A stretch of DNA of 60,054 nucleotides, taken from contig JBBREX010000001.1 in NCBI GenBank assembly GCA_038225245.1, positions 1 through 60,054 of the forward strand, given 5' to 3'. Made by a program: the position numbers and the translations under genes. The notes below the pieces were generated by a model. The model was not told the DNA's origin and ran no database searches. It saw only the letters and a program-made list of their open reading frames with translations. The stretch is from Fimbriimonadales bacterium (GTDB taxonomy: Bacteria > Armatimonadota > Fimbriimonadia > Fimbriimonadales > Fimbriimonadaceae). Below, piece after piece: positions 24,299-33,787 of the stretch. How positions within the stretch are numbered: position 1 is the first letter of the stretch; every line of letters starts with the position of its first letter.

Positions 24299-26359
24299 AT
24301 GGCGAACAACGATTCCCCGAACATCGATCCTCAAGACGACCAGCTCGCAAGCATTGCGTCGAAAGTAGAAGGCGATTATACAGCCGACAGCATCCAAGTC
24401 CTCGAGGGCTTGGAGGCAGTGCGCAAGCGGCCCGGAATGTATGTGGGGGACAACGGCAAAAAGGGCTTGCACCAGATGTTCCGCGAAGTCATCGATAACT
24501 CGGTTGATGAAGCTCTTGCGGGCTATTGCGACGAGATCGTCGTGACCCTCCACCGCGACAATGCGTTGAGCGTTCGCGACAATGGGCGCGGCATACCGGT
24601 GGACGTTCACGAGAAGTTTGGAATCTCCGCGCTGCAAATCGTCATGACGATGTTGCACGCGGGGGCAAAATTCGGCGGCGGCGGATACAAAGTGTCGGGT
24701 GGGCTGCACGGCGTCGGAGTGAGCTGCACCAATGCTTTATCAAGCTATTGCGAAGTGGAAGTGCGGCGAAACGGCACCGTCTATCACCAGCGATATGAGC
24801 GTGGAATTCCCGTCACAGAAGTTGAAGCCAAGGGTAAATCGCAGGGAACGGGCACCTTTGTCAGATGGCTGGCCGATACCGAGGTCCTGACGGAGACAGA
24901 ATACGATCTTCATATCATCAAGACCCGTCTTCGGGAACTCGCCTACCTCAACCCGAGCGTAAAATTTAATTTCATCGATGAAAACGATCAGGAGCACAAT
25001 GAGGAATTTCATTTTTCGAGAGGAATTCAGCAGCTCGTAGAAGATCTCAATGAGAGCAAGGACACAATTCACAAGGTCATTTATTTCAAGCGAATCAAAG
25101 AATCTTATGAGATGGAAGTTGCTCTGCAATATCACGACGGCTACAGCCAAACTTTGCTCGCTTTCTCCAACAACATCCACCAGCCCGATGGCGGCACTCA
25201 TGTTTCCGGCTTCAACACCGCTTTGACAAGGGTTATCAACGCATACGGCCGAAAAGCGAATTTCTTGAAGGAGAAGGACAAGAACTTCGCTTCCGACGAT
25301 GTGGCCGACGGTTTGACCGCCGTCATCGCCCTCAAATTGGAGAATCCGAGCTACAACTCTCAAGACAAGGTTAAGCTCGTTACTCCCGAAGTTCAAGGCA
25401 TGGCGAATTCGCTGGTGGGCGATGGCCTGTCCACCTTTTTCGATGAAAACCCTGCCATCGCGAGGCGAATTCTCGATAAGGCGCTGATCGCTCAACGCGC
25501 CCGAGAGGCGGCCCGTAAAGCCGCTGAAGCAGTCAAGCGCAGCAGTGCCATGGACTCTTACGGTTTGCCAGGAAAACTGAGCGACTGCATGAGCAAGGAT
25601 GCGGAAAAGTGCGAGCTCTTCCTGGTGGAAGGCGACTCGGCTGGCGGGTCCGCCAAAGCCGCGCGAGATCGAGTGACGCAAGCCGTATTACCCCTTCGAG
25701 GAAAGATTTTGAACGTGGAGCGAGCACGAATCGACAAGGCTCTCGACAACGAGGAAATCAAGTCCTTAATCGCTGCCTTAGGCGTGGGGATCGACGTCAA
25801 TGTCGGTCGTCGTCAGGAAGTCGAAATCGATATCGAGGAAGGATCGACAAACGGCTCCGGTAAAGATAAAAACGGGGAAACCAGTTTCGACCTCACCAAG
25901 CTTCGCTACAACAAGATTATCATCATGACGGACGCCGACGTGGATGGCGAGCACATAAGGACGCTTTTACTCACGTTTTTCTACCGCTACATGCGCCCGC
26001 TCATCGAAAAGGGCCACATATATCTGGCCCAGCCTCCGCTCTTCGTGGTGAAAATCGGTAATAACGAGCGGAAATATGCAGCCGATCAAGCCCAGCTCGA
26101 GGACATCCTCAAGAACGCCAAGAAAAAAAATCCGATGGTGACGAGATTCAAAGGCTTGGGCGAAATGAACGGCGACGAGCTTGGTGAGACGACGATGGAC
26201 GCGGAGAATCGGCGGTTGCTTCAAATCAAGCTCGATCCCGAATTCGAGATGGAAATCGAAATGATGTTCAGCCGATTGATGGGCGAAAAGGTGGAGCCGC
26301 GCCGCGAATTCATCGAAAAGCACGCGAAAGAGGCTCTTAATGTCGACTGGCACTACTGA
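24299..26359 (+). CDS. gyrB: DNA gyrase subunit B (type IIA topoisomerase ATPase subunit)
   Basis: GLEAVRKRPGMYVG, the GHKL ATPase motifs, EGDSAGG and IIIMTDADVDGEHI are present. There is an acidic/Gly-rich insert of about 25 aa just before the LRYNKIIIMTDAD Toprim segment. Confidence 0.95.
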   Translation: MANNDSPNIDPQDDQLASIASKVEGDYTADSIQVLEGLEAVRKRPGMYVGDNGKKGLHQMFREVIDNSVDEALAGYCDEIVVTLHRDNALSVRDNGRGIPVDVHEKFGISALQIVMTMLHAGAKFGGGGYKVSGGLHGVGVSCTNALSSYCEVEVRRNGTVYHQRYERGIPVTEVEAKGKSQGTGTFVRWLADTEVLTETEYDLHIIKTRLRELAYLNPSVKFNFIDENDQEHNEEFHFSRGIQQLVEDLNESKDTIHKVIYFKRIKESYEMEVALQYHDGYSQTLLAFSNNIHQPDGGTHVSGFNTALTRVINAYGRKANFLKEKDKNFASDDVADGLTAVIALKLENPSYNSQDKVKLVTPEVQGMANSLVGDGLSTFFDENPAIARRILDKALIAQRAREAARKAAEAVKRSSAMDSYGLPGKLSDCMSKDAEKCELFLVEGDSAGGSAKAARDRVTQAVLPLRGKILNVERARIDKALDNEEIKSLIAALGVGIDVNVGRRQEVEIDIEEGSTNGSGKDKNGETSFDLTKLRYNKIIIMTDADVDGEHIRTLLLTFFYRYMRPLIEKGHIYLAQPPLFVVKIGNNERKYAADQAQLEDILKNAKKKNPMVTRFKGLGEMNGDELGETTMDAENRRLLQIKLDPEFEMEIEMMFSRLMGEKVEPRREFIEKHAKEALNVDWHY

Positions 26360-26846
26360 GCCGCAACCTTTGGCCGCGCCCATCCGATATCTCACCGTCC
26401 AGGACATGCTCTGGATCAACTTGGAGGTCACGGAGGAGATAAACCGCTTCGATTACGGTCGGCTGGAGGAAGCGACCTCTTACCAATATGGATATGGCAC
26501 GAGCATCGATGTGCCGAAGCAGGCTTTACGCCTCTATCGAGGTTTTCTTAAACTACGACCTTTCGCTCGTGGCAACGAGGCCACCGGCTGGACTGCGCTA
26601 ATGTGCTTCTTGGCGATTAACGGTTGGGTCATCGATCTTCCGGAAGGGGCCGACGAAAACTGGTTGGAGACTTTGGACAACGCTCATCCGCCGGATGCCG
26701 AAGAATACTTCGCTTCGCGAGTTCACCGGGCGCCTACCCCGCAATCCAATTTGTATGTGGAGGATTCGGTGAGGCAGATTTTGCGAGAGTATACGCCGCA
26801 TGTTCAGCGTCTGATTCAGACGGGCGCCACTGCGCTCGTGGATTGA
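26340..26846 (+). CDS. Doc/Fic-fold protein with a degenerate catalytic motif
   Basis: It has a Doc-like N-terminus (PIRYLTVQDML). The position of the Fic motif HPFxDGNKRT reads LRPFARGNEATG. There is a 20-nt overlap with the gyrB 3' end. Confidence 0.7.
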   Translation: MSTGTTEPQPLAAPIRYLTVQDMLWINLEVTEEINRFDYGRLEEATSYQYGYGTSIDVPKQALRLYRGFLKLRPFARGNEATGWTALMCFLAINGWVIDLPEGADENWLETLDNAHPPDAEEYFASRVHRAPTPQSNLYVEDSVRQILREYTPHVQRLIQTGATALVD

Positions 26847-26854
26847 AGTCTAAA

Positions 26855-26926
26855 AGCGGGCGAAGAGATTCGAACTCTCGACCTTGACCTTGGGAAGGTC
26901 CTGCTCTACCACTGAGCTACGCCCGC
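26855..26926 (-). tRNA. tRNA-Gly (anticodon CCC)
   Basis: The minus strand reads GCGGGCGTAGCTCAGTGGTAGAGCAGGACCTTCCCAAGGTCAAGGTCGAGAGTTCGAATCTCTTCGCCCGCT. It has a 7-bp acceptor stem, D and T arms, and the anticodon loop TTCCCAA. CCA is not encoded. Confidence 0.9.
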
Positions 26927-26970
26927 GCACCTAGTGCAAGTTACCTCAGTTTTTACCCCACGCAGATGGT

Positions 26971-27727
26971 TTACTCTTCGAGCGAGGAAATGCGCTGGAG
27001 ATATTGGCGCTCGATCTTGCGCACGACGTTCATCAAATCTGAAGGTGGGGAAATCTCACCGTTTTTAACCGACTTGTGGAAAAACAGCCCAAATTTGGAA
27101 CCAACTCGCCAGCGAACCTGAGCGGAAAGCTTGACCGAGAGATCCTCTAAGGTCATCGATACGGATACCTCATCGCCCTCCGCGATGGGAGGCTTTTCCG
27201 ATTCGAAACTCACTAAAAGACCTCCCATGCTGACGTTCAGGGCGCGCGGGGAACCTACATAATCGTTGCCGGCAACCCTGACCTCGACCCCACTGTCTCC
27301 CGTCAAGGGAATACGGAAGGTATTTCTTGCTTGCATGGTTACCACGGACTCGCATACCGATTTCCAAGAGCAAGCGATCCTTGGCCTTCTCCATTGGCCG
27401 GCAATCCCGAACGTAGCTTAGGAAGGAGCAGGCGTTGTCAAGGGTATTGAAGTAAAGGCAGCAGGAAGCCATGAGAGGGAGTTCGGAGCGGTCGATCCCG
27501 TATGGCTCGAGCAATACCCTGCCGCTGGAAGCGGAGATGAATTTTGCTTTGACCGCAGTTACGTTGTAATTAAACAATAGTACAGCCATTTTTTCGTTGT
27601 AGCAAGCTGAGCCGAGAAGATGCTCGATGTCTTTGTAGTCTTCAATTAAATGGCTTTGACTGACCGGGAAATCATTGCGTTCTTCCGGTAATACAGGCTC
27701 CGGCTCTTCTTTGCGCTGGCTACTCAT
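26971..27727 (-). pseudogene. YcgR-like c-di-GMP receptor (PilZN-like N-domain plus PilZ domain) split between two frames
   Basis: ORF 27170..27727 has a plausible N-domain up to ..LLLEIGMRV, then an Arg-rich tail. ORF 26971..27345 starts exactly with the PilZ motifs (RNTFR ... NVSMGGLLV). The combined length of about 250 aa is typical for YcgR-type proteins. Confidence 0.6.
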
Positions 27728-27819
27728 GTCGGCGATTCACTCTCCCACCGATATTGTTATTGGATGCGGCGCGGCAAACCTGCACGTGTAAAGTAAGAAT
27801 ATTCGCAGTTATCCGATTA

Positions 27820-28200
27820 TCAAGGTTTTGGACCGGTTTCAGCGGTGATCACGGAACTGATTCCGCCACGCACGTTAAACTTTCCCACTACGCGCATCCA
27901 TCGAGGATTACATGCGGTGGAAAGCTCCTCGAGAAGCTGGTTTGTAACCGCTTCGTAGAAAATACCCTGGTCACGGAAGGTGCAATAGTATAACTTTAGA
28001 GACTTAAGCTCCAGACAAGATCCTTCAGGGACATATTCGAGCTCGATGGTAGCGAAGTCAGGTTGGCCGGTTTTCGGGCAGACGCTGGTGAATTCTGGAA
28101 AGATGTGTTGGATCACGTAATCGCGCCCGGGCGCTGGGTTTGGAAAGGTTTCGATGGAAGGCGGCATGCGGTGAAAGATTACCTTCCAGGGGTACAACAA
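27820..28200 (-). CDS. queF: NADPH-dependent 7-cyano-7-deazaguanine (preQ0) reductase QueF, type I
   Basis: The catalytic Cys context ([20 protein letters not shown]) and the QueF motif ([10 protein letters not shown]) are present. An alternative start is at 28167. Confidence 0.9.
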   Translation of the reverse strand: MLYPWKVIFHRMPPSIETFPNPAPGRDYVIQHIFPEFTSVCPKTGQPDFATIELEYVPEGSCLELKSLKLYYCTFRDQGIFYEAVTNQLLEELSTACNPRWMRVVGKFNVRGGISSVITAETGPKP

Positions 28201-28205
28201 GCTCG

Positions 28206-29144
28206 ATGTATGCGATCGTATTTCCCGGCCAAGGCTCTCAGCGGGTAGGAATGGGAAAGAGCCTATGCGATAATTTTGTGTCGGCGCGGGACGTATTCTC
28301 TCGGGTTCGGGGAGCCACCGGAATCGACGTCTCCGATCTCTGCTTTGAGAGCGATGAAGAGACTCTTCGCCTCACTCAAAATGCGCAAATCGCGCTATAC
28401 ACTTGTGGATTGGCGGCTTGGACTGTGCTGCAAGAGCTTTTGAATGTAACCAGACCCAGCGCCGCCGCTGGGCATAGCATCGGAGAATATGCGGCGCTGG
28501 CGGCGGCAGGAGTAATTAGCTTCGAGGATGGTGCTCGACTGGTTCAGAAGCGCGGATCGCTGATGGCGGAAAGCGGGAAGGACAGACCTGGAGGCATGGC
28601 GGCGGTGTTGGGCTTGGAGCGAGAAACGCTGACATCAGTTTGCGAGAAAGCGACGGGAGGGATCGCCGTGATCGCGAACGACAATTCTCCGGGGCAACTT
28701 GTGATCAGTGGAGACCTGGACGCCGTTCAATCGGCAAGCGCGCTGGCTTCCGAGAGCGGAGCGAAAAGGGTTTTGCCCCTGAATGTGAGCGGAGCATTTC
28801 ATAGCCCCCTGATGGAAAGCTCTTCCCGCGCAATGGCTCAAGCCCTTGAGGCAGCTCACTTCGCAGACGGCCACTTTCCCGTTTATAGCAATGTGACGGC
28901 GGAGACGGTTCAAAAAGCGAGTGGGTGGTCCAAGCTTCTTGAACAGCAGCTCAAGAGCCCTGTTCTATGGAGTCAGACTATACAAAATATGATCGAGGAA
29001 GGCACTTCAACATTCGTGGAGTGCGGAAGCGGCGAGGTGCTCACGGGATTATTAAGACGGATCGATCCTCGAGCGGAAGGCATCGCGGTGATGGACGCGG
29101 TTACCGCTCGCGCGGCAGCCGAGCAGTTGGCAAGGACTGTTTGA
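28206..29144 (+). CDS. fabD: Malonyl-CoA:ACP transacylase
   Basis: [17 protein letters not shown] and the active site [10 protein letters not shown] are present. Confidence 0.95.
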   Translation: MYAIVFPGQGSQRVGMGKSLCDNFVSARDVFSRVRGATGIDVSDLCFESDEETLRLTQNAQIALYTCGLAAWTVLQELLNVTRPSAAAGHSIGEYAALAAAGVISFEDGARLVQKRGSLMAESGKDRPGGMAAVLGLERETLTSVCEKATGGIAVIANDNSPGQLVISGDLDAVQSASALASESGAKRVLPLNVSGAFHSPLMESSSRAMAQALEAAHFADGHFPVYSNVTAETVQKASGWSKLLEQQLKSPVLWSQTIQNMIEEGTSTFVECGSGEVLTGLLRRIDPRAEGIAVMDAVTARAAAEQLARTV

Positions 29145-29879
29145 ATGGGACTTGAAGGCAAGGTAGCCATCGTAACGGGGGCAAGTCGGGGCATCGGGCT
29201 TGAGATCGCCAAGCACCTGGCTCAAGCGGGAGCCCGCGTCGCATGTATTGCGACCACTCAGTTGAACGCCGATAACGCGGTGACTTTAATCGGTAATGGG
29301 CTATCCCAAGGGTTCGCTTGCGACGTGTCCGATTGGCAGGCGGTAGAGGGGGTTTTTGACCGAATCAGCGACGAGCTAGGCGCGCCTTCGATCCTCATCA
29401 ACAACGCGGGCATCGCGCGAGACGCATTGTTGATGCGAATGAAGGATGATGACTGGGACAGGGTGATTGGGGTTAACCTCAAAGGCGCTTATTTATGCAC
29501 GAAAGCAGTGATTCGGCCGATGATCAAGGCTCGATATGGCCGAATCGTGAATATGGCCAGCATCATTGGCCTAAGCGGGGCGGCCGGACAGGCAAACTAC
29601 GCGGCCAGCAAAGCGGGTCTCCTCGGCCTCACAAAATCCACTGCCAAAGAACTTGGGTCGAGGGGAATCACTTGCAACGCGGTGGCCCCAGGGTTTATCG
29701 AGACGGACATGACGGAAGAGCTGCCGAAAGAGATGAAAGGCATGGTTGCGAAAAACGCTCCCGCGGGTCGGTTGGGAACGCCTGCCGACGTGGCTCATGT
29801 GGTCTTATTCTTAGTTTCTGAGGCGGCGGGCTATATGACGGGCCAGACGCTTGTGGTGGATGGTGGGCTTAGCCTCTAA
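29145..29879 (+). CDS. fabG: 3-oxoacyl-ACP reductase (SDR)
   Basis: TGASRGIG, NNAGI and YAASKAG are present. It immediately follows fabD. Confidence 0.9.
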   Translation: MGLEGKVAIVTGASRGIGLEIAKHLAQAGARVACIATTQLNADNAVTLIGNGLSQGFACDVSDWQAVEGVFDRISDELGAPSILINNAGIARDALLMRMKDDDWDRVIGVNLKGAYLCTKAVIRPMIKARYGRIVNMASIIGLSGAAGQANYAASKAGLLGLTKSTAKELGSRGITCNAVAPGFIETDMTEELPKEMKGMVAKNAPAGRLGTPADVAHVVLFLVSEAAGYMTGQTLVVDGGLSL

Positions 29880-29921
29880 CTGAGGTATTCTATTCGTTCA
29901 GCGATTTGGACGAGATCGAGC

Positions 29922-30059
29922 ATGAAAAGAACGTATCAACCTAATAACCGCCATAAGTTCACGACCCACGGATTTCGGGTTCGCATGCGTGACAACGATG
30001 GGCGGAATGTTTTGAAGCGGCGGCGATTGAAGGGCCGACACCGCCTTGCGGCGCGATAA
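29922..30059 (+). CDS. rpmH: 50S ribosomal protein L34
   Basis: The hand-translated sequence is [45 protein letters not shown]. Confidence 0.95.
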   Translation: MKRTYQPNNRHKFTTHGFRVRMRDNDGRNVLKRRRLKGRHRLAAR

Positions 30060-30391
30060 AGGGACCCGCCAAACAACGATTTGACCGAATCTACCGAGAG
30101 GGTAAGCGGACAGCCGGAAACTACTGCCGCATCTACGCCTTACCGGGAAACGGAAAAATCGGATTTGCGACTGCTCGCTCGATCGGTTGTCATGCCCGGC
30201 GAAATCGCCAAAAACGACGTTATAAGGAATTTGCTAGGCACATCGGCCTGACTAAAGAACTCCGATTTGATATGATCATCGTCATCCGTCTTTCCGCCGT
30301 AGTAGAAAAGGGCGAAGCTCTTTGCCAAGAACTCGGACATTTGATCGATGAGCTCAAACTAAGGTGGGAAAACGAGTTGGAGTGTTCTTGA
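30026..30391 (+). CDS. rnpA: RNase P protein component; start codon unresolved
   Basis: The hand-translated frame gives ..[62 protein letters not shown].., which contains the RNR motif. The frame opens after TGA 29990-29992 and has no ATG, GTG or TTG before the conserved core. ATT 30026 and ATA 56 are the only near-cognate candidates. Confidence 0.7.
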   Translation: MEGPTPPCGAIKGPAKQRFDRIYREGKRTAGNYCRIYALPGNGKIGFATARSIGCHARRNRQKRRYKEFARHIGLTKELRFDMIIVIRLSAVVEKGEALCQELGHLIDELKLRWENELECS

Positions 30392-30573
30392 TAAGGTGTT
30401 ACCAGCGCGGCACGAAATGGATGCCGGCGACGTGCCGTTACACGCCAAGCTGTTCGGAATACGCTCGCCTCGCCATCGAGAAGCATGGGCTCGTAGGGGG
30501 GACTTGGCTCGGGCTCAAGCGTATCTGCCGATGCCACCCTTTTCGTCCAGGCGGATATGACCCGGTTCCCTAG
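30364..30573 (+). CDS. yidD: Membrane protein insertion efficiency factor YidD
   Basis: ..[17 protein letters not shown]...G.WLG.KRI.RCHPF..GGYDPVP is present. The start is a GTG overlapping the rnpA end. Confidence 0.9.
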   Translation: MGKRVGVFLIRCYQRGTKWMPATCRYTPSCSEYARLAIEKHGLVGGTWLGLKRICRCHPFRPGGYDPVP

Positions 30574-30579
30574 CAGAAT

Positions 30580-31920
30580 ATGAGTAAGCCCGCTCCTCCC
30601 AAACAAAACTTCATGCAGACGCTGCTGCTGGCGGCAGCGGTATTCATGCTGTTTCAAGTGATTACCAATAGCCAAAAGCCTTCCGCGCCGGATCCTCGGA
30701 CAGCTACCCAGGTCTATGCCGACCTTTTGAAGCTCAACAAAGAAGTCAAGGAAGCTAGCGCCGCTCAACTCAATACGGTGTATGAGCATAAGATACGCGA
30801 TGAAGGGGCCTCCGCCAAGGCTTCCCAAGCTCAAATGGACGCCCAGGTGTTGAGAGGCTCGTTGGTGGTGTCGGATACGTTTTACAAATCCGCTTTGATT
30901 CTCAGTGACAAAGGTGATAATCCGAAAGCACTGCAAAAGCTGAATGCGGCCTACATGAATCTCCACAACCGGGCCGGGCAATGGCGGGATAAGCCCGAAT
31001 GGAATCAACCCATCGATCTTATTCCGGACCCCGCATTTCCCAGTGCCGTCAGCGGCAATTCGCTTTATGGCAAGGTCATCGATGAGATTAGCGCCCGCAA
31101 CAAGACGGACTTGATCCTTGGAATAATCCCCGGCTATGCGATCATCGATACGCTTGTTCGACTGACGGGCGCGATTCCTTCCTTTAGTTATGCGTTTGCC
31201 GCACTCATTTTAGCGATTATCGTGAGAGCGATCGTATGGCCTTTGGCTCAACGCCAGCTCATGTGGTCGCGTCAGATGTCGCAACTGGGCCCCCTTGTGG
31301 CGGAGCTCAAGCAGAAGTATGAAGGGACCGAGCTTAGTCAGAAGCAGATGGAGCTTTATAAGGAATATGGAATCAATCCGGCGGCGGGATGCTTGCCTGC
31401 CATGCTGCAGATGCCGCTGTTTCTCATCATCTACCAGTGCATGCTGCACTATAAGTTTGAGTTTCAAAAGGGAACCTTCCTCTGGATTAGCCCGGCCGTG
31501 GCCAAGAGCACGGGCTTCACTGCTCCAAACTTGGGCGAGCGCGATTACATCTTGCTAGTGCTCTACGCTTCCTCGATGGTCGTCTCGACCTTGCTTAGCC
31601 CGATTACCGATCCGAGCAACGCTCGTCAGCAACGGTTGATGGGAATTGGAATGTCGGTGATCTTTACCGCGACCATGTTTACGCCGCTCTTCATCGTGCC
31701 CTCAGCGTTTGTTCTCTATTGGACGTTTACAAATATTTTCAGCACAATTCAATCGCTGCGTGCCTATCGGATGCCGCTTCAGCCTTTGCAAAAGGTCAAC
31801 GGGCCTCACGGCTCCGTCCTCCCAAAGAATGGAATAACGAATGGCGCGATGAACGGTACGATGTTTAAGAACACGGGCGCTCCCAAGGTGCAAAAGCCAA
31901 AACCGAAGAAACGAAAGTAA
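30580..31920 (+). CDS. yidC: Membrane protein insertase YidC
   Basis: The 60-kDa-IMP core is present (..WPLAQRQLMWSRQMSQLGPLVAELKQKY.., ..GINPAAGCLPMLLQMPLF..). It sits after rnpA and yidD. Confidence 0.9.
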   Translation: MSKPAPPKQNFMQTLLLAAAVFMLFQVITNSQKPSAPDPRTATQVYADLLKLNKEVKEASAAQLNTVYEHKIRDEGASAKASQAQMDAQVLRGSLVVSDTFYKSALILSDKGDNPKALQKLNAAYMNLHNRAGQWRDKPEWNQPIDLIPDPAFPSAVSGNSLYGKVIDEISARNKTDLILGIIPGYAIIDTLVRLTGAIPSFSYAFAALILAIIVRAIVWPLAQRQLMWSRQMSQLGPLVAELKQKYEGTELSQKQMELYKEYGINPAAGCLPAMLQMPLFLIIYQCMLHYKFEFQKGTFLWISPAVAKSTGFTAPNLGERDYILLVLYASSMVVSTLLSPITDPSNARQQRLMGIGMSVIFTATMFTPLFIVPSAFVLYWTFTNIFSTIQSLRAYRMPLQPLQKVNGPHGSVLPKNGITNGAMNGTMFKNTGAPKVQKPKPKKRK

Positions 31921-31926
31921 AACTGT

Positions 31927-32853
31927 ATGGAATCAACAATGGAATCAATTGAGTTGACGGGTCGCACAATCGCTGAAGCTACAGGACAGGCGGCAGCAAA
32001 GCTGGGCGTGGAGGCGAGCCAGATCGAAGTATCCGTCCTGGAAGAATCGAAAGGCTTGTTTGGCAAAAGCTCGGTTCGAATTCGGGCCATTATCAAGCCC
32101 GCGACGCCCGAGCCTGCAAGCAGCCTGGGAGCCTCGCCGATGGCATCGGAACCGACGCCGGCAGCGAGCAAGGGAAGGAAATCAACCGTTAGCGAGTCGA
32201 GCAAGCAACCAGTTCGTGAAAAGCCGGAAGTCAAGAGCAGTTCGAAAGGTCTTTTCGGCAAGAAGCCCCCTCGGGTCGAATCCAACGGCCCGGCTTCCTC
32301 GGAGGAGTCCGCGGTCGTTCAGGTCTCGGCCAAAAGCAGTGCCGAGGATGACTCCGAAAGCGAGGAGCCAACCGCTAGCTTGTCGGAAGTTGTTGCATCG
32401 GAAAAGGATGCCGAGCAACTCGCGAAAATCGTAAGTGAAATTCTCGATCTAGCCGACTTGGATGTCGTTGTAAAATCGACCACTATCTCAGGACGATATG
32501 TCAGTTTGGAGCTCGATGGAGTGGACGTCGCCTACCTGATCGGAAAGCATGGCGAAGTCCTGAACGCATTCCAGTACTTGCTGAATGTCATCGCGTCGCG
32601 AAAAATCGAGAGCGGCGTCAGGGCAACCTTGGACGGCAACCACTATCGGGATCGGCGCGAGGAAGCTTTAACCCACTTGGCAACTCAGATCGCCGATCAG
32701 GTGAAAGAGCGTTCCGAAGAAGCGGTTCTCGATGCCTTGCCGGCGTTCGAGCGAAGAATCGTGCATAAAGCGTTGTCGTCATACGACGGCGTCACCACCT
32801 ATAGCGAGGGTGAAGAGCCAAATCGCCGCGTAATCATCGCCCCCGGAAACTAG
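31927..32853 (+). CDS. jag: Jag/KhpB-type RNA-binding protein (Jag_N, KH, R3H) with a long Ser/Pro/Glu-rich linker
   Basis: The N-terminus is IELTGRTIAEATGQAAAKLGV. The C-terminus has KH/R3H motifs (..DRREEALTHLA..ERRIVHKAL..). It sits after yidC. Confidence 0.85.
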   Translation: MESTMESIELTGRTIAEATGQAAAKLGVEASQIEVSVLEESKGLFGKSSVRIRAIIKPATPEPASSLGASPMASEPTPAASKGRKSTVSESSKQPVREKPEVKSSSKGLFGKKPPRVESNGPASSEESAVVQVSAKSSAEDDSESEEPTASLSEVVASEKDAEQLAKIVSEILDLADLDVVVKSTTISGRYVSLELDGVDVAYLIGKHGEVLNAFQYLLNVIASRKIESGVRATLDGNHYRDRREEALTHLATQIADQVKERSEEAVLDALPAFERRIVHKALSSYDGVTTYSEGEEPNRRVIIAPGN

Positions 32854-32858
32854 AGCAA

Positions 32859-33770
32859 GTGCAAAAGCCGCGGGGGCTTCGAGAAGGGGATACGATTTCG
32901 ATCGTCGCGCCCGCTTCCCCAATCACTCGTGAAAAGATCCAGCCCGGGCTCGACTTGCTTACGCAGGCCGGATTCAAATCGAAGCTCGGATCCCATTTGT
33001 TTTGCCAGGAGCATTATCTCGCGGGAACCGACGAGGAACGTGCCAGCGATCTTCAAGTCGCATTTGACGATCCGGAGACCCAAGCTGTCTGGTGCGCGAG
33101 GGGCGGTTACGGATGCGCGCGCCTCATTCCTCATTTAGACGTAGACCGCATGGCCGAAACCGGCAAGATGCTGATCGGCTTTAGCGACGTGACGTCCATC
33201 CACCTCGCTCTCCTGCGAAGAGGCATGGCGTCCGTACATGGACCCATGGCGATATCCTTCGTGCTGGACCGCGAGCCATGGGTGCATGAGAGTTTTCGGT
33301 CCGCTTTGGCGGGTTCATTCGATCGCCCGCCTGGAGCTCCCACCGGGCATACTTTGGTGCCTGGTGTGGCCGAAGGAGAGGTCGTGGGTGGATGCCTTTG
33401 CTTACTAACCGATAGCTTAGCAACCCCCGACACGCTCGACTGCGAAGGGCGCATTTTATTGATCGAGGACGTGGACGAGAACCCGCACAGAGTGGACGCC
33501 ATGCTCACCCATTTAAGGTTGGCCGGTTGCTTCGACAGCGTAGCCGGAGTCGTAGTGGGCGAGATGACGGGAACCGACGATCGGGAAGACAGTTCGATTG
33601 GGGGCAGGCAATGGCGCGAAATCGTCGCGGATCGGCTCGGCTCGCTTTCGGTGCCTGTCATCGTGAACTACCCGTTTGGCCACCTGAGGCAGATGCTAAC
33701 TCTGGCGTTAGGATTGCGCGCCCGATTGGACGCAGAAACCGGTACCCTTAGTTATCTCGAGTCCTTCTAA
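32859..33770 (+). CDS. ldcA: LD-carboxypeptidase (peptidase S66, muramoyl-tetrapeptide carboxypeptidase-like)
   Basis: LREGDTISIVAPASP, ARGGYGCARL, GFSDVTSIH and a C-terminal GH are present. Confidence 0.85.
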   Translation: MQKPRGLREGDTISIVAPASPITREKIQPGLDLLTQAGFKSKLGSHLFCQEHYLAGTDEERASDLQVAFDDPETQAVWCARGGYGCARLIPHLDVDRMAETGKMLIGFSDVTSIHLALLRRGMASVHGPMAISFVLDREPWVHESFRSALAGSFDRPPGAPTGHTLVPGVAEGEVVGGCLCLLTDSLATPDTLDCEGRILLIEDVDENPHRVDAMLTHLRLAGCFDSVAGVVVGEMTGTDDREDSSIGGRQWREIVADRLGSLSVPVIVNYPFGHLRQMLTLALGLRARLDAETGTLSYLESF

Positions 33771-33787
33771 GAAATGGCTTTCCCATC

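Noticed and set aside
24059-25681. Two long minus-strand ORFs (216 and 313 aa)
   Set aside because: They are antisense to gyrB, whose identity is unambiguous. They contain no recognisable motifs.
30220-31008. 262-aa minus-strand ORF
   Set aside because: It is antisense to rnpA, yidD and yidC, and its composition is junk-like.
24058-32853. Possible replication origin, because gyrB and rpmH-rnpA-yidD-yidC-jag are classic oriC-proximal genes
   Set aside because: There is no dnaA, dnaN or recF in the window. I saw no cluster of TTATCCACA-type DnaA boxes in the AT-rich spacers (24058-24298, 29880-29921). A single near-match, TTATCCATT at 54245-54253, is isolated.
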